Source: Alphaproteobacteria bacterium
GTDB taxonomy: Bacteria; Pseudomonadota; Alphaproteobacteria; UBA828
DNA length: 64,000 nucleotides
Reading direction: 5' to 3'
Assembly (NCBI GenBank): GCA_965237415.1
Contig: CBDEFM010000002.1
Span: 3,808,001 to 3,872,000 of the forward strand
The notes beneath the pieces were generated by a model. That model had not been told where the DNA came from. It made no database searches and saw only the letters and a program-made list of their open reading frames with translations. The translations under genes and the position numbers were made by a program. Shown here piece by piece: positions 49,481 to 59,749 of the stretch (within the stretch, counting starts at the first letter, position 1; every line of letters starts with the position of its first letter).

Positions 49481-51045
49481 CAGTCTGTCGGACTTTGGGT
49501 CATCGATTGAGTATGAATTTGTCGCCGGTGGTTTGGGCGTCGGGCCGAGTTGGCACTGGTTCCTTCCCGATAGAGGCGGTTTGCCGGTTCTGCGGCGGAT
49601 CGCGGCGTGGGGGCGCTTGCTCTGTCACGACCTGCTCCGCCGAGGCGCCTCATGTCGCCAGGCTCAGCTTGTGCAAGCGCTTGCAGTTGTAGGCGAGAGC
49701 CACCAGGGTCCACTCGCTCTCGACCTTCTCGAGGCCGCGCAGCGAGAACCCGGCGAAGCCGAGCACCGCCTTGATGACGCCGAAGACCGGTTCGACGGTC
49801 TGCCGGCGAAGCTTGTAGAGGGCACGGCCCTCTTCGCTCGCGAGCTTCTCCGCCATCGCCTTCAACCAGTCGGCCTTGGGCTCCCGTGCCGCCGGGAGAG
49901 CCTTCGCCGGGCGGAAGTCGTGTGTCCGCCGACGGCCTTCCGCCGAGGGCGACACCAACGCCTCGATGCCGCCCGCCTCGAGCGCCGCCACCTCCGCACC
50001 GTTGGCATAGCCGTTGTCCGCGAGCACCGTCTCCGGCCGGCCCAGCGCCGAAGGGATCGCCTCGATGTCCGCCACCAGCTCGTTGCGGTCGCTGGCGCAT
50101 TGGCTGACCCGCGCGCCCACGATCAACTGACTGCCGCCGGCATCCACCGCCGCCTGCGCGTTGTAGGCCTGGCGATACTCATGGTGCTTGCTCTTGCGCA
50201 TCAGCCGGCTGTCCGGGTCGCTCAGATTGCTCTGCGCGTCCGCAGCCGGCGTCTCGGCCGGCGGCTTCGGATGCTTGCCCTTGGCACGACCACGGCGCTT
50301 CTCCCGCGCCGCCACCTTGGCCTCGTAGGCCTCGCGCTCCGCTGCCGCCCGCGCTTGCGCCTGCGCCTCCAGACGGCGACGGGCCGCATCGAGCTTGTCG
50401 CGCAAGGCCTCGCGGCGGGCAATCTCCTTCGGCAAGGCCTGAGGATCGTCCTCGCCAGCCGCGTCTGCCGCCTCCGCCCGGCCCAGCAACGCCGCGATCT
50501 CTCCTTCCAGTTGGGCGATCAACGCGCCCGCGCGCTCGTACCTCACCGAGCGATGCTTGCTGGCGTTGGCCTTGAACTTGGAGCCGTCGACGCTCACCAG
50601 GCCCACGCGCAACAGCTTCAACTCCTTGGCCAGAAGCAGAACCTGCAAGAAGCTCTCCGACACCGCAGCGAAGTTCTCCCGCCGGAAGCGCGCGATCGTG
50701 TCGTGGTCGGGGTGACGGTTCGCCGCGACGAAGCGAACCCCGATATCGCGGTGCGTCGCCCGCTCGATCCGACGGCTGGAGAAGATCCCGTTGGCGTAGC
50801 AGTAGATCATCAGCGCCAGCATCATCCGTGGGTGATACTGCGCCGAGCCCGTGCCGCGATGGTTCACCTTGAAGGCGCCCAGATCGACACGCTCCACCGC
50901 CTCGATCACGAAGTGCCCCAAATCATCCGCCGGGAGCCAGTCCCGCAGATCGGGAGGAAGCAGAAACGCCTGCTCCCGATCACACTCGACAAAGTTGCTC
51001 ATCGCGCGATTATAAGAGAAATCCAGCCCAAAGTCGGACAGACTG
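49481..51045 (-). mobile_element. IS1182-family element type B, copy 1
   Basis: IR CAGTCTGTC..ACTTTGGG with CTAG flanks. Confidence 0.92.
49650..51002 (-). CDS. IS1182-family transposase
   Basis: YCYANGIFSSR, VDGSK, SDPDS, LADNGY, VEPVFG. Confidence 0.92.
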   Translation of the reverse strand: MSNFVECDREQAFLLPPDLRDWLPADDLGHFVIEAVERVDLGAFKVNHRGTGSAQYHPRMMLALMIYCYANGIFSSRRIERATHRDIGVRFVAANRHPDHDTIARFRRENFAAVSESFLQVLLLAKELKLLRVGLVSVDGSKFKANASKHRSVRYERAGALIAQLEGEIAALLGRAEAADAAGEDDPQALPKEIARREALRDKLDAARRRLEAQAQARAAAEREAYEAKVAAREKRRGRAKGKHPKPPAETPAADAQSNLSDPDSRLMRKSKHHEYRQAYNAQAAVDAGGSQLIVGARVSQCASDRNELVADIEAIPSALGRPETVLADNGYANGAEVAALEAGGIEALVSPSAEGRRRTHDFRPAKALPAAREPKADWLKAMAEKLASEEGRALYKLRRQTVEPVFGVIKAVLGFAGFSLRGLEKVESEWTLVALAYNCKRLHKLSLAT

Positions 51046-51246
51046 CTAGCCCAGTCAGTGGGATGGGTCACGATTTGAACGAACTATGAAATGCGATATT
51101 TCTGATTTGGGACGAGTGCCTGCGTTGCACGGGTGCGTCGCAGACCGTCCGGGCGGTCGTGGCGGCCGGCGACGAGACCTTCCGGGCTTTTGCGCGATCG
51201 CCCGAGGCAGGCGCAACCTGATGGACACCCGGATGGCGCCGAACGC

Positions 51247-53529
51247 ATGACGGTCGATCGTTTCAGCGAGCTGGTGGTGGCCCGTCGATGGTTGGTCATC
51301 CTGGCGGCCGTCGTCGCGGTTCTCGCCTTGGCGTACGGTGGCCGATTTCTGTCATTCCACGCCGACACCCGAGAATTTTTCTCGCAAGACAATCCACTGG
51401 TGGTGGCCCTGGAGGCCTACGAAAACACTTACGTGAAGGACGACCATCTGATGTTCGTGCTCGCGCCGAAGGACGGCAACGTCTTTACGCGCGAAGTGCT
51501 GGCAGCGGTCGAGGAACTGACCGAGGCATCCTGGCAAATCCCCTATTCCAGCCGCATCAATTCGCTGACCAATTTCCAACAAATCGAGGCCGAAGGCGAC
51601 GATCTACGGGTTTTCCCCCTGGTGGAGGACGCTTCATCGCTGAGCGAAGGCGACATTGAGCGCATTCGGCAAATAGCGCTCGCCTCTCCACAACTGTCCG
51701 GCCGCCTGCTGAGCAAAGACGGTGCGGTGACCGCCGTTTTTGTCGCATTGCCCGGCAAACCGAGCGGCGACGTAGAGACTGCGTTACAGATTGCGGCCTA
51801 TGCACGCGAACTGGCGGCTACTCTCGAGCAACGACACCCTCTTATCGACCTGCATGTCACCGGCTCCGTCATGTTCGACGCGGCCTTCGTGGAGGTGCCT
51901 CAGCGGGAAATGCAATACATGGTCCCGCTGATGCTCCTCTTGCTCTTGCTGGCCGTCGGACTGGGATTACGCACCCTGTGGGGGGCGATTGGCACGCTCC
52001 TGGTCATTCTGATGTCGGTTGTCGCCGCTCTCGGCGCCATCGGCTGGGCCGGCGTCGTGCTCAAGGCCGGTAACATTAGCGCGATAATCGTCATCATGAC
52101 CCTGTCGGTTGCGCACTGCGTTCACGTCATTTCTACCATGCAGCTGGTCCGGCGGGACGGCGCCAGCCGGCACCGATCGATCACCGACTCGCTGCGGATT
52201 AACATGTCGCCGATGTTCATCACCAGTGCGACTACGGCAATCGGCTTCCTATCGTTGAACTTTTCCGACAGTCCGCCGTTCAGAATGCTCGGCAATATAA
52301 CCGCTACTGGCGTCATGATTGCGCTTGTCTTGTCGCTGACCTTTCTGCCGGCATACCTGGCCCTTACGCCAAGCCGCATCCTCCCCGGGCAGGCGCGCAG
52401 CCGCTTGGTCATGGAAGCATTCGCGGAGTTTCTGCTCGCCCACAGGCGCCGTGTATTCTTGATAACCGCCTCGGTCATCGCCGTGCTCGTCATCGGTATA
52501 GAACGGATCACTCTCGACGATAATTTCAACACCTATTTTGGTGAGAGATTCGAGGTTCGCAAGGCCGGAGACTTCGCGGAGAGCAACCTGATTGGATCCA
52601 ATTACCTGGCGTATTCTCTACCGGCCGGCAGCAGCAGCGCCATCGCCGAACCTGGCTACCTCGCTGGTTTGGAAAAACTCGCTATATGGTTCCGCCGCCA
52701 GCCGGAAGTTAAGCATGTCTCGACATTCAGCGATATCATGAAGATGCTGAATCGAAAGTTGAATGGCGACACTACCGAGCAGTACCGGCTACCCGAAAAC
52801 CGGGAAGTCGCGGCACAGTACATGTTGCTGTACGAGCTCTCCCTGCCGCAGGGATTCGACCTGAACGATCGCGTCGATATTGCAAAATCGTCGACCCGGT
52901 TTACAGTTTCTGTTAAGAACATTTCTTCGGTTGAGTTGCAGAAGTTGGCTGGGCGTGCCCAAGCCTGGATGTCGGCCAACACACCCTCGTTGCGCAGCCC
53001 CGCCACCGGCATCACCATCGTTTACGCCAATTTGGCGGAACGCAATATCCGCGCAATGTTGCTCGGAAATATTATCGCTTTGACCCTGATATCGTTCGTT
53101 CTCATTTTCGCGCTCAGAAGCCTGAAAATGGGTCTGATCAGTCTCGTCCCGAACTTGATTCCCGCCGCCATCGCCTTCGGGATGTGGGGCTATATCAACG
53201 GCGAGGTCGGCTTGGCAATCTCCGTCGTGATGACGATGACGCTCGGAATTGTTGTTGACGATACGGTGCATTTCCTGAGCAAGTATCTGCGCGCGCGCCG
53301 TGAGCACCATATGTCTTCATCCATGGCGTGCCTGTTCGCTTTCGGCACAGTCGGCCCGGCACTCTGGATCACGTCGTTGGCGTTGTTTGCCGGCTTCTGT
53401 GTGCTGGGATTGTCCGGGTTCAAGCTCAATTCGGAGATGGGGCTGTTGAACGCCGCCGTGATCGCCGTTGCGCTCCTGGCCGATTTTCTCTTTCTGCCGC
53501 CGCTCCTGATGTGGCTGGACCGAAAGTGA
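51247..53529 (+). CDS. MMPL/RND-family transporter
   Basis: Two repeats of TM + periplasmic domain + TM bundle; TSATTAIGF, GIVVDDTVHF. Confidence 0.9.
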   Translation: MTVDRFSELVVARRWLVILAAVVAVLALAYGGRFLSFHADTREFFSQDNPLVVALEAYENTYVKDDHLMFVLAPKDGNVFTREVLAAVEELTEASWQIPYSSRINSLTNFQQIEAEGDDLRVFPLVEDASSLSEGDIERIRQIALASPQLSGRLLSKDGAVTAVFVALPGKPSGDVETALQIAAYARELAATLEQRHPLIDLHVTGSVMFDAAFVEVPQREMQYMVPLMLLLLLLAVGLGLRTLWGAIGTLLVILMSVVAALGAIGWAGVVLKAGNISAIIVIMTLSVAHCVHVISTMQLVRRDGASRHRSITDSLRINMSPMFITSATTAIGFLSLNFSDSPPFRMLGNITATGVMIALVLSLTFLPAYLALTPSRILPGQARSRLVMEAFAEFLLAHRRRVFLITASVIAVLVIGIERITLDDNFNTYFGERFEVRKAGDFAESNLIGSNYLAYSLPAGSSSAIAEPGYLAGLEKLAIWFRRQPEVKHVSTFSDIMKMLNRKLNGDTTEQYRLPENREVAAQYMLLYELSLPQGFDLNDRVDIAKSSTRFTVSVKNISSVELQKLAGRAQAWMSANTPSLRSPATGITIVYANLAERNIRAMLLGNIIALTLISFVLIFALRSLKMGLISLVPNLIPAAIAFGMWGYINGEVGLAISVVMTMTLGIVVDDTVHFLSKYLRARREHHMSSSMACLFAFGTVGPALWITSLALFAGFCVLGLSGFKLNSEMGLLNAAVIAVALLADFLFLPPLLMWLDRK

Positions 53530-53599
53530 TCCGGCGTGGCAGCTGTACCTGCGTGTCAAACGGTGTTCCGCGGAGATCCTCAATGTAAGGACACAAGCC

Positions 53600-54247
53600 A
53601 TGCTGCCATTGGCTGAACAAATGCTTGTACTGTTGCTCGACGAAGAACGTGAGGAATTTCTATCCATAGGAAAATATTCCCTGGCGCGCGCCTTGATCGG
53701 TGCCGTTCTGATGGATTTGGCATTTGCCAATCGTATCGACACGGATACCGAGAGCTTGATGGTTTTGGATCGTACACCGACCGGCAATCCCCTGATGGAT
53801 AGTGTGCTGGAGCGGATCGTAGGCAGCGAAACGACAGAGTCCGCCAGCGCCTGGATCGAGATCCTGTCCGAGGAGGAGGCCGACAGGATTCGCGAGCGCG
53901 CGTTGAACGGTCTGGTGGAGAGCGGAATTCTGGAAGTCCGGGAAAAGACGAAGCTGTTGGTTTTTCCGTCTCGGCGCTACGTGATGATAGATAGAACGAG
54001 CGGCCGCGACGCAAAATTGCGCATCATGAACGTCCTGTTTTCCGACCTGATTCCCGACCCACGGGACGTTGCGCTGGTCTGTCTCGTCGATGCTTGCGGC
54101 ATCCTGCGCACTGTCTTCGAAGCCCGGGAAATCGAGCGGGTCATGCCCCGCATCGAGCTAATCCGGAAGATGGATTTGATCGGGCGGGAGATGAACGCAC
54201 AACTCGCCGTGTGGAAACTGGGATACAAGAGACCGGCCGATCCATAA
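53600..54247 (+). CDS. GPP34/GOLPH3-family protein
   Basis: LAEQMLVLLLDE, GAVLMDLAFANRI, PTGNPLMD, LVESGIL..RRY. Confidence 0.8.
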   Translation: MLPLAEQMLVLLLDEEREEFLSIGKYSLARALIGAVLMDLAFANRIDTDTESLMVLDRTPTGNPLMDSVLERIVGSETTESASAWIEILSEEEADRIRERALNGLVESGILEVREKTKLLVFPSRRYVMIDRTSGRDAKLRIMNVLFSDLIPDPRDVALVCLVDACGILRTVFEAREIERVMPRIELIRKMDLIGREMNAQLAVWKLGYKRPADP

Positions 54248-54254
54248 CCCGACG

Positions 54255-54355
54255 GCGTCAACGGCTTCCGAACGCTTCTGCCGATAGGAAAACTCCGTGG
54301 TGTCGTGGAGAACTAGCATCGGTCCATCGGTGGCCGGAGCCGGCACGAGGTTTTC
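54255..54355 (-). pseudogene. IS4-family transposase remnant
   Basis: LVLHDTTEFSY motif. Confidence 0.6.
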
Positions 54356-54359
54356 CTAG

Positions 54360-55924
54360 CAGTCTGTCGGGCTTTGGGTCATCGATTGAGTATGAATTTG
54401 TCGCCGGTGGTTTTGGCGTCGGGCTGAGTTGGCGCTGGTTCCTTCCCGATAGAGGCGGTTTGCCGGTTCTGCGGCGGATCGCGGCGTGGGGGCGCTTGCT
54501 CTGTCACGACCTGCTCCGCCGAGGCGCCTCATGTCGCCAGGCTCAGCTTGTGCAAGCGCTTGCAGTTGTAGGCGAGAGCCACCAGGGTCCACTCGCCCTC
54601 GACCTTCTCGAGGCCGCGCAGCGAGAACCCGGCGAAGCCGAGCACCGCCTTGATGACGCCGAAGACCGGTTCGACGGTCTGCCGGCGAAGCTTGTAGAGG
54701 GCACGGCCCTCTTCGCTCGCGAGCTTCTCCGCCATCGCCTTCAACCAGTCGGCCTTGGGCTCCCGTGCCGCCGGGAGAGCCTTCGCCGGGCGGAAGTCGT
54801 GTGTCCGCCGACGGCCTTCCGCCGAGGGCGACACCAACGCCTCGATGCCGCCCGCCTCGAGCGCCGCCACCTCCGCACCGTTGGCATAGCCGTTGTCCGC
54901 GAGCACCGTCTCCGGCCGGCCCAGCACCGAAGGGATCGCCTCGATGTCCGCCACCAGCTCGTTGCGGTCGCTGGCGCATTGGCTGACCCGCGCGCCCACG
55001 ATCAACTGACTGCCGCCGGCATCCACCGCCGCCTGCGCGTTGTAGGCCTGGCGATACTCATGGTGCTTGCTCTTGCGCATCAGCCGGCTGTCCGGGTCGC
55101 TCAGATTGCTCTGCGCGTCCGCAGCCGGCGTCTCGGCCGGCGGCTTCGGATGCTTGCCCTTGGCACGACCACGGCGCTTCTCCCGCGCCGCCACCTTGGC
55201 CTCGTAGGCCTCGCGCTCCGCTGCCGCCCGCGCTTGCGCCTGCGCCTCCAGACGGCGACGGGCCGCATCGAGCTTGTCGCGCAAGGCCTCGCGGCGGGCA
55301 ATCTCCTTCGGCAAGGCCTGAGGATCGTCCTCGCCAGCCGCGTCTGCCGCCTCCGCCCGGCCCAGCAACGCCGCGATCTCGCCTTCCAGTTGGGCGATCA
55401 ACGCGCCCGCGCGCTCGTACCTCACCGAGCGATGCTTGCTGGCGTTGGCCTTGAACTTGGAGCCGTCGACGCTCACCAGGCCCACGCGCAACAGCTTCAA
55501 CTCCTTGGCCAGAAGCAGAACCTGCAAGAAGCTCTCCGACACCGCAGCGAAGTTCTCCCGCCGGAAGCGCGCGATCGTGTCGTGGTCGGGGTGACGGTTC
55601 GCCGCGACGAAGCGAACCCCGATATCGCGGTGCGTCGCCCGCTCGATCCGACGGCTGGAGAAGATCCCGTTGGCGTAGCAGTAGATCATCAGCGCCAGCA
55701 TCATCCGGGGGTGATACTGCGCCGAGCCCGTGCCGCGATGGTTCACCTTGAAGGCGCCCAGATCGACACGCTCCACCGCCTCGATCACGAAGTGCCCCAA
55801 ATCATCCGCCGGGAGCCAGTCCCGCAGATCGGGAGGAAGCAGAAACGCCTGCTCCCGATCACACTCGACAAAGTTGCTCATCGCGCGATTATAAGAGAAA
55901 TCCAGCCCAAAGTCGGACAGACTG
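54360..55924 (-). mobile_element. IS1182-family element type B, copy 2
   Basis: Near-identical to 49481-51045; CTAG flanks, the right one containing the yqgE stop codon. Confidence 0.92.
54529..55881 (-). CDS. IS1182-family transposase
   Basis: Differs from copy 1 by about 2 aa. Confidence 0.92.
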   Translation of the reverse strand: MSNFVECDREQAFLLPPDLRDWLPADDLGHFVIEAVERVDLGAFKVNHRGTGSAQYHPRMMLALMIYCYANGIFSSRRIERATHRDIGVRFVAANRHPDHDTIARFRRENFAAVSESFLQVLLLAKELKLLRVGLVSVDGSKFKANASKHRSVRYERAGALIAQLEGEIAALLGRAEAADAAGEDDPQALPKEIARREALRDKLDAARRRLEAQAQARAAAEREAYEAKVAAREKRRGRAKGKHPKPPAETPAADAQSNLSDPDSRLMRKSKHHEYRQAYNAQAAVDAGGSQLIVGARVSQCASDRNELVADIEAIPSVLGRPETVLADNGYANGAEVAALEAGGIEALVSPSAEGRRRTHDFRPAKALPAAREPKADWLKAMAEKLASEEGRALYKLRRQTVEPVFGVIKAVLGFAGFSLRGLEKVEGEWTLVALAYNCKRLHKLSLAT

Positions 55925-56506
55925 CTAGGCCCGGCCGGCTACGCCCGAGAGATTGCCGGGGTCGATCCCGAGCCGGCCGACGGCGAGCTCCCACTTGCCG
56001 TCCTGAGCCTCGTCGAAGACCAGCTCCTCGTCGGCGGGCACGGTGAGCCAGCCGTTCTCCTGAATCTCGCGGTCGAGCTGGCCCGCCGCCCAGCCTGCGT
56101 AGCCCAGCGCCAGCATGCTGAGGCGCGGGCCGCGGCCCTCGGCCATGGCCTTCAGCACGTCGATGGTGGCCGTGAGCGCGAAGCCGTCGTCGACCTGCAT
56201 CGTGGCCTCGTGGGTGTAGTCGGTGGAATGGAGGACGAAGCCCCGCGCGGCCTCGACGGGGCCGCCGAAATGCACCCGGATGCGCTCGTCCACGCTCGCA
56301 GCCTCGATGTCGAGCTGCTCGATAAGGTCGGAGAAACTGAGCGATTCGAGGAGCTTGTTGACGACGAGGCCCATCGCGCCGTCGTCGGAGTGGGCGCACA
56401 TGTAGATGACGCTCCGGGCAAAGCGCGGGTCCGCCATCGTCGGCATGGCGACGAGCAACTGCCCCTCCAGGTAGGGCCCCGATCCGTGTTCGCCGCCAGA
56501 GTCCAT
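55925..56506 (-). CDS. yqgE: YqgE/AlgH (DUF179) protein
   Basis: LLVAMP..DPRF.RSVIY, GGPV, GYAGW..GQL..E. Confidence 0.93.
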   Translation of the reverse strand: MDSGGEHGSGPYLEGQLLVAMPTMADPRFARSVIYMCAHSDDGAMGLVVNKLLESLSFSDLIEQLDIEAASVDERIRVHFGGPVEAARGFVLHSTDYTHEATMQVDDGFALTATIDVLKAMAEGRGPRLSMLALGYAGWAAGQLDREIQENGWLTVPADEELVFDEAQDGKWELAVGRLGIDPGNLSGVAGRA

Positions 56507-56719
56507 CGCGCCCAATCCGCCTTGCTCGCCCCGATCATCGCAAAGCGCCGCAGGGGTTACAACCGCGCGTCACTGCGGCACGGCATCGGCAAGGAAACGC
56601 CCCGCCCGGTTGCCCGGACGGGGCGTCGGTATCGACTTGGAGGAACGAGGCTGCGGCGCCTTAGCCGCAGTCCCGACCTACCGAGCGCCCGATCAGCGAG
56701 CGCTTTTCTCCACGCTCGA

Positions 56720-57937
56720 TCAGCGGGCGATGTACTCGTAGCGCTTGCCGAACAGCACATCCATCGGCACCGGCTCCGAGATGGTCCAGGAGTCGACGAC
56801 CGCCGGCTGGTTGTTGGTGGTCTCCACGATCAGATACGGCGCAAAGTTCTGATGGTGGAGCTGGTCCGTGAAGGTGCGGGTACCGACCAGCACCGGCTCC
56901 TCGCGGTAGCTCTCCAGCACCTCGACGACGGCGTCGGAGTCGAAGGTGCCGGCCTTCTCGACCGCCTTCGCCCACATCTCGAAGACCACGTAGCCGGGGA
57001 AGGCGTACTGGTTGTTCACCGGCTCGCCGAACTTGGCCTCGTACTTCTTGAGGAACTCCTGCACCGCCGGGCGCGGATCGTCGCCGTAGATCGACGCCTG
57101 CTCCGGCACGAAGTGGCCGGAGAGACCGGGCACCGATTTCTGCCAGTAGACGCCGGTCATCGAGCTGCCACCACCGATGGGCGAGTTAACGCCAGCGGCG
57201 CGGATCTGCTTGATCGCGCTCGCCCCGCCGGGGATGTAGCTGCAGTTCTCGATGATGTCGGGCTCCTCGGGCAGCGCCCTGATGCGGTCGACCTGTGCCT
57301 GGATGCTGGGATCCTCGTTCTGGTACACGTCGTGGCCGACGACCTCGCCGCCGAGCACTTCGCGCCACATCCAATCGAAGCCGTAGCAGATGCCCTTGTT
57401 GTACTCGAGCACGTCGTCGAGCAGGAGGTAGGCCGTCCGCCAGCCCTTCACCTTGTAGCCCCACTCGGCGATCGTGGCACCCTGCACCGCGGCGAGGATC
57501 GAGCTTGAGAAGGAGTACTTGCCGATCCCCTGGATGCCGGCGAGCACGCTCTCGGCACACAGGAAGATCGAGATGATTCCGGCGTTCTGCGCCTGCAGCG
57601 CAGCCGGCGCGCCGTAATCGTAGTCGCAGTCCACCGCGATGGCGACGGCGCCGTCGTTGATCACCGAAATCCCGGCCTTGGCACCCTCGGCTCGGTCGGT
57701 CTTGCCGTCCGCGAAGACCGGCCTGATCTGCTTGCCCAGGAGGCCCCCCTTGGCGTTCCAATCGTCGATTGCGATCAGCGCGGCGTTGGTCGACGGCCCG
57801 CTGTAGGCCTGCATCCAGCCGGAGTAGGACGCTGCGAACCCGAACACCACCTCGTGGTCGTCCGCCACCGCCGGCGCTGCCGATGCCATGCCCAGCGCCA
57901 GCGCGCCGGCCGCGGCTAGTGACACGAATCTCTTCAT
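56720..57937 (-). CDS. Branched-chain amino acid-type ABC substrate-binding protein
   Basis: Signal peptide, NAKGGLLGKQI; divergent from the liv-type genes. Confidence 0.9.
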   Translation of the reverse strand: MKRFVSLAAAGALALGMASAAPAVADDHEVVFGFAASYSGWMQAYSGPSTNAALIAIDDWNAKGGLLGKQIRPVFADGKTDRAEGAKAGISVINDGAVAIAVDCDYDYGAPAALQAQNAGIISIFLCAESVLAGIQGIGKYSFSSSILAAVQGATIAEWGYKVKGWRTAYLLLDDVLEYNKGICYGFDWMWREVLGGEVVGHDVYQNEDPSIQAQVDRIRALPEEPDIIENCSYIPGGASAIKQIRAAGVNSPIGGGSSMTGVYWQKSVPGLSGHFVPEQASIYGDDPRPAVQEFLKKYEAKFGEPVNNQYAFPGYVVFEMWAKAVEKAGTFDSDAVVEVLESYREEPVLVGTRTFTDQLHHQNFAPYLIVETTNNQPAVVDSWTISEPVPMDVLFGKRYEYIAR

Positions 57938-58214
57938 TCGACTGATCTCCCCTTGCAGTCCCAATGGCGAATGCAGACGCCCGGTCAAACTGAGAGCGCC
58001 CTCCGATGACGCATTGTCGCCGCGGGGCCGTCATTTGCAAGCCCGATTGAACTGCGGACCGCAGGCATGATCGAGCAGACGCGACGAATTCCCCGTTGAT
58101 TCGCACTCCCGCGTTCGGTAGCTAACGGGGGTACTGCGGCTGTGCGGGTTCCCGCGCGGCCGTGTCGTCACTTCGGTGGCGAGCGAAACGGGGTCGAGCG
58201 GCGGAGGGTAGCAG

Positions 58215-58997
58215 GTGTCACAGGACGCCGGATCCGAGGCGAAGGGGCAGAATGGCGCGTCGTCTGAAGCGCGCCAGAACGGCGCGACGCTGGAGGCGCG
58301 CGCGGTAACCGTCCGCTTCGAGGGCTTGACGGCGGTGGACAGTGTCGACGAGACGCTGCACCAGGGCGAGATCCTGGGCCTGATCGGCCCCAACGGCGCC
58401 GGCAAGACAACCCTCGTCAACGCCATGACCGGCTTTCAGGTCCCGGCCGCAGGCGAAGTTCTGCTCGGCGGCAAGGTGATCTCGAGATTGACGCCCCACT
58501 GGATCAGGCGCCACGGCGTGGCGCGCACCTTCCAGGCCGGGCGTCTCTTCCGCGACATGCCGGTGAGCGAGAATGTCGAGGTTGCCGCGGTGAGCCTCGG
58601 TCTCTCGCGCCGCAAGGCGCACGTGCAGGCGATGGAGATCCTGGAGTGGATCGGGCTTGCCGATCAGGCGTCCGACCCTGCCGGCTTGCTGCCCTATACC
58701 GACGAGCGCCGGGTCGGGATTGCGCGGGCGCTAGCGATGAACCCGGCCTTCGTCCTATTGGACGAGCCGGCGGCCGGCATGTCCGACCTCGAATGCGACG
58801 ACGTGATGCACCTGGTGCGCGAGATTCCGGGGCGCTTCGGCTGCGGGGTGCTCCTGATCGAGCACAACATGCGCGTGATCATGGGCGTCTGCGAGCGAAT
58901 CCACGTGCTCGACAGCGGCCGCACCATCGCCCGCGGCACGCCCGCCGAAGTGCAGAGCAACGAGGCGGTCATTGCCGCCTATCTCGGCCACGAGTGA
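58215..58997 (+). CDS. livG: ABC ATPase, LivG-like
   Basis: GPNGAGKTT, ARTFQ, LLDEPAAG, IEH. Confidence 0.9.
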   Translation: MSQDAGSEAKGQNGASSEARQNGATLEARAVTVRFEGLTAVDSVDETLHQGEILGLIGPNGAGKTTLVNAMTGFQVPAAGEVLLGGKVISRLTPHWIRRHGVARTFQAGRLFRDMPVSENVEVAAVSLGLSRRKAHVQAMEILEWIGLADQASDPAGLLPYTDERRVGIARALAMNPAFVLLDEPAAGMSDLECDDVMHLVREIPGRFGCGVLLIEHNMRVIMGVCERIHVLDSGRTIARGTPAEVQSNEAVIAAYLGHE

Positions 58998-59002
58998 CGC
59001 GA

Positions 59003-59749
59003 ATGCTGCTCTCGGTCGAGGACATCCATGTGCACTACGGCAGAGTGCCTGCGGTGCGGGGCGTTTCCATCGGTGTTGGCGAGGGCGAGATCGTCTGCGT
59101 GGTCGGCCCCAACGGCGCCGGCAAGTCGACGACGTTGCTCACCATCTCCGGCGTGTTGCGGCCGACCAGAGGCACGATCGCCTTCGACGGCAGCTCGATC
59201 GCGGGCCTCACGCCCGAGGCGGTCGCACGCCGCGGCATCTCCCAGGTGCCGGAGGGACGGCACGTCTTCACCACGCTCAGCGTCGAGGAGAACCTGCGGC
59301 TCGGCACGCGGATGCGGCGCGACCGGGGCCAGATCGAGGCCGACTTCAAGCGGGTGCTGGATCTCTTCCCGGTGCTGGCGGAGCGCCGCAGGGGTGCGGC
59401 GGGCAAGCTTTCGGGCGGTGAGCAGCAAATGCTGGTGATCGGCCGGGCGCTGCTCACGAATCCGCGCATCATGACCATCGACGAACCCTCCCTCGGGCTC
59501 GCACCGAACCTGGTGGACCGGGTCTACGAGGTTCTGCTCGAGCTCAGGGAATCGCGGGGGCTGACGCTTCTCATCGTCGAGCAGAGCTCGGAGCGCGCGC
59601 TCAGGGCGGCGGACCGCATCTACGTGTTGCGCAGCGGCGAGATCCAACTCGAAGGCGATGCCGCGGACCTGCAGGACGGCGAGAAGGTCCGCCAAGCCTA
59701 CTTCGGTTTCACCGAGGGGGTGGAGCACATCGGCGAGGCGGCATTCTGA
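59003..59749 (+). CDS. livF: ABC ATPase, LivF-like
   Basis: GPNGAGKST, VPEGR, LSGGEQQM, DEPSLGLAP. Confidence 0.92.
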   Translation: MLLSVEDIHVHYGRVPAVRGVSIGVGEGEIVCVVGPNGAGKSTTLLTISGVLRPTRGTIAFDGSSIAGLTPEAVARRGISQVPEGRHVFTTLSVEENLRLGTRMRRDRGQIEADFKRVLDLFPVLAERRRGAAGKLSGGEQQMLVIGRALLTNPRIMTIDEPSLGLAPNLVDRVYEVLLELRESRGLTLLIVEQSSERALRAADRIYVLRSGEIQLEGDAADLQDGEKVRQAYFGFTEGVEHIGEAAF

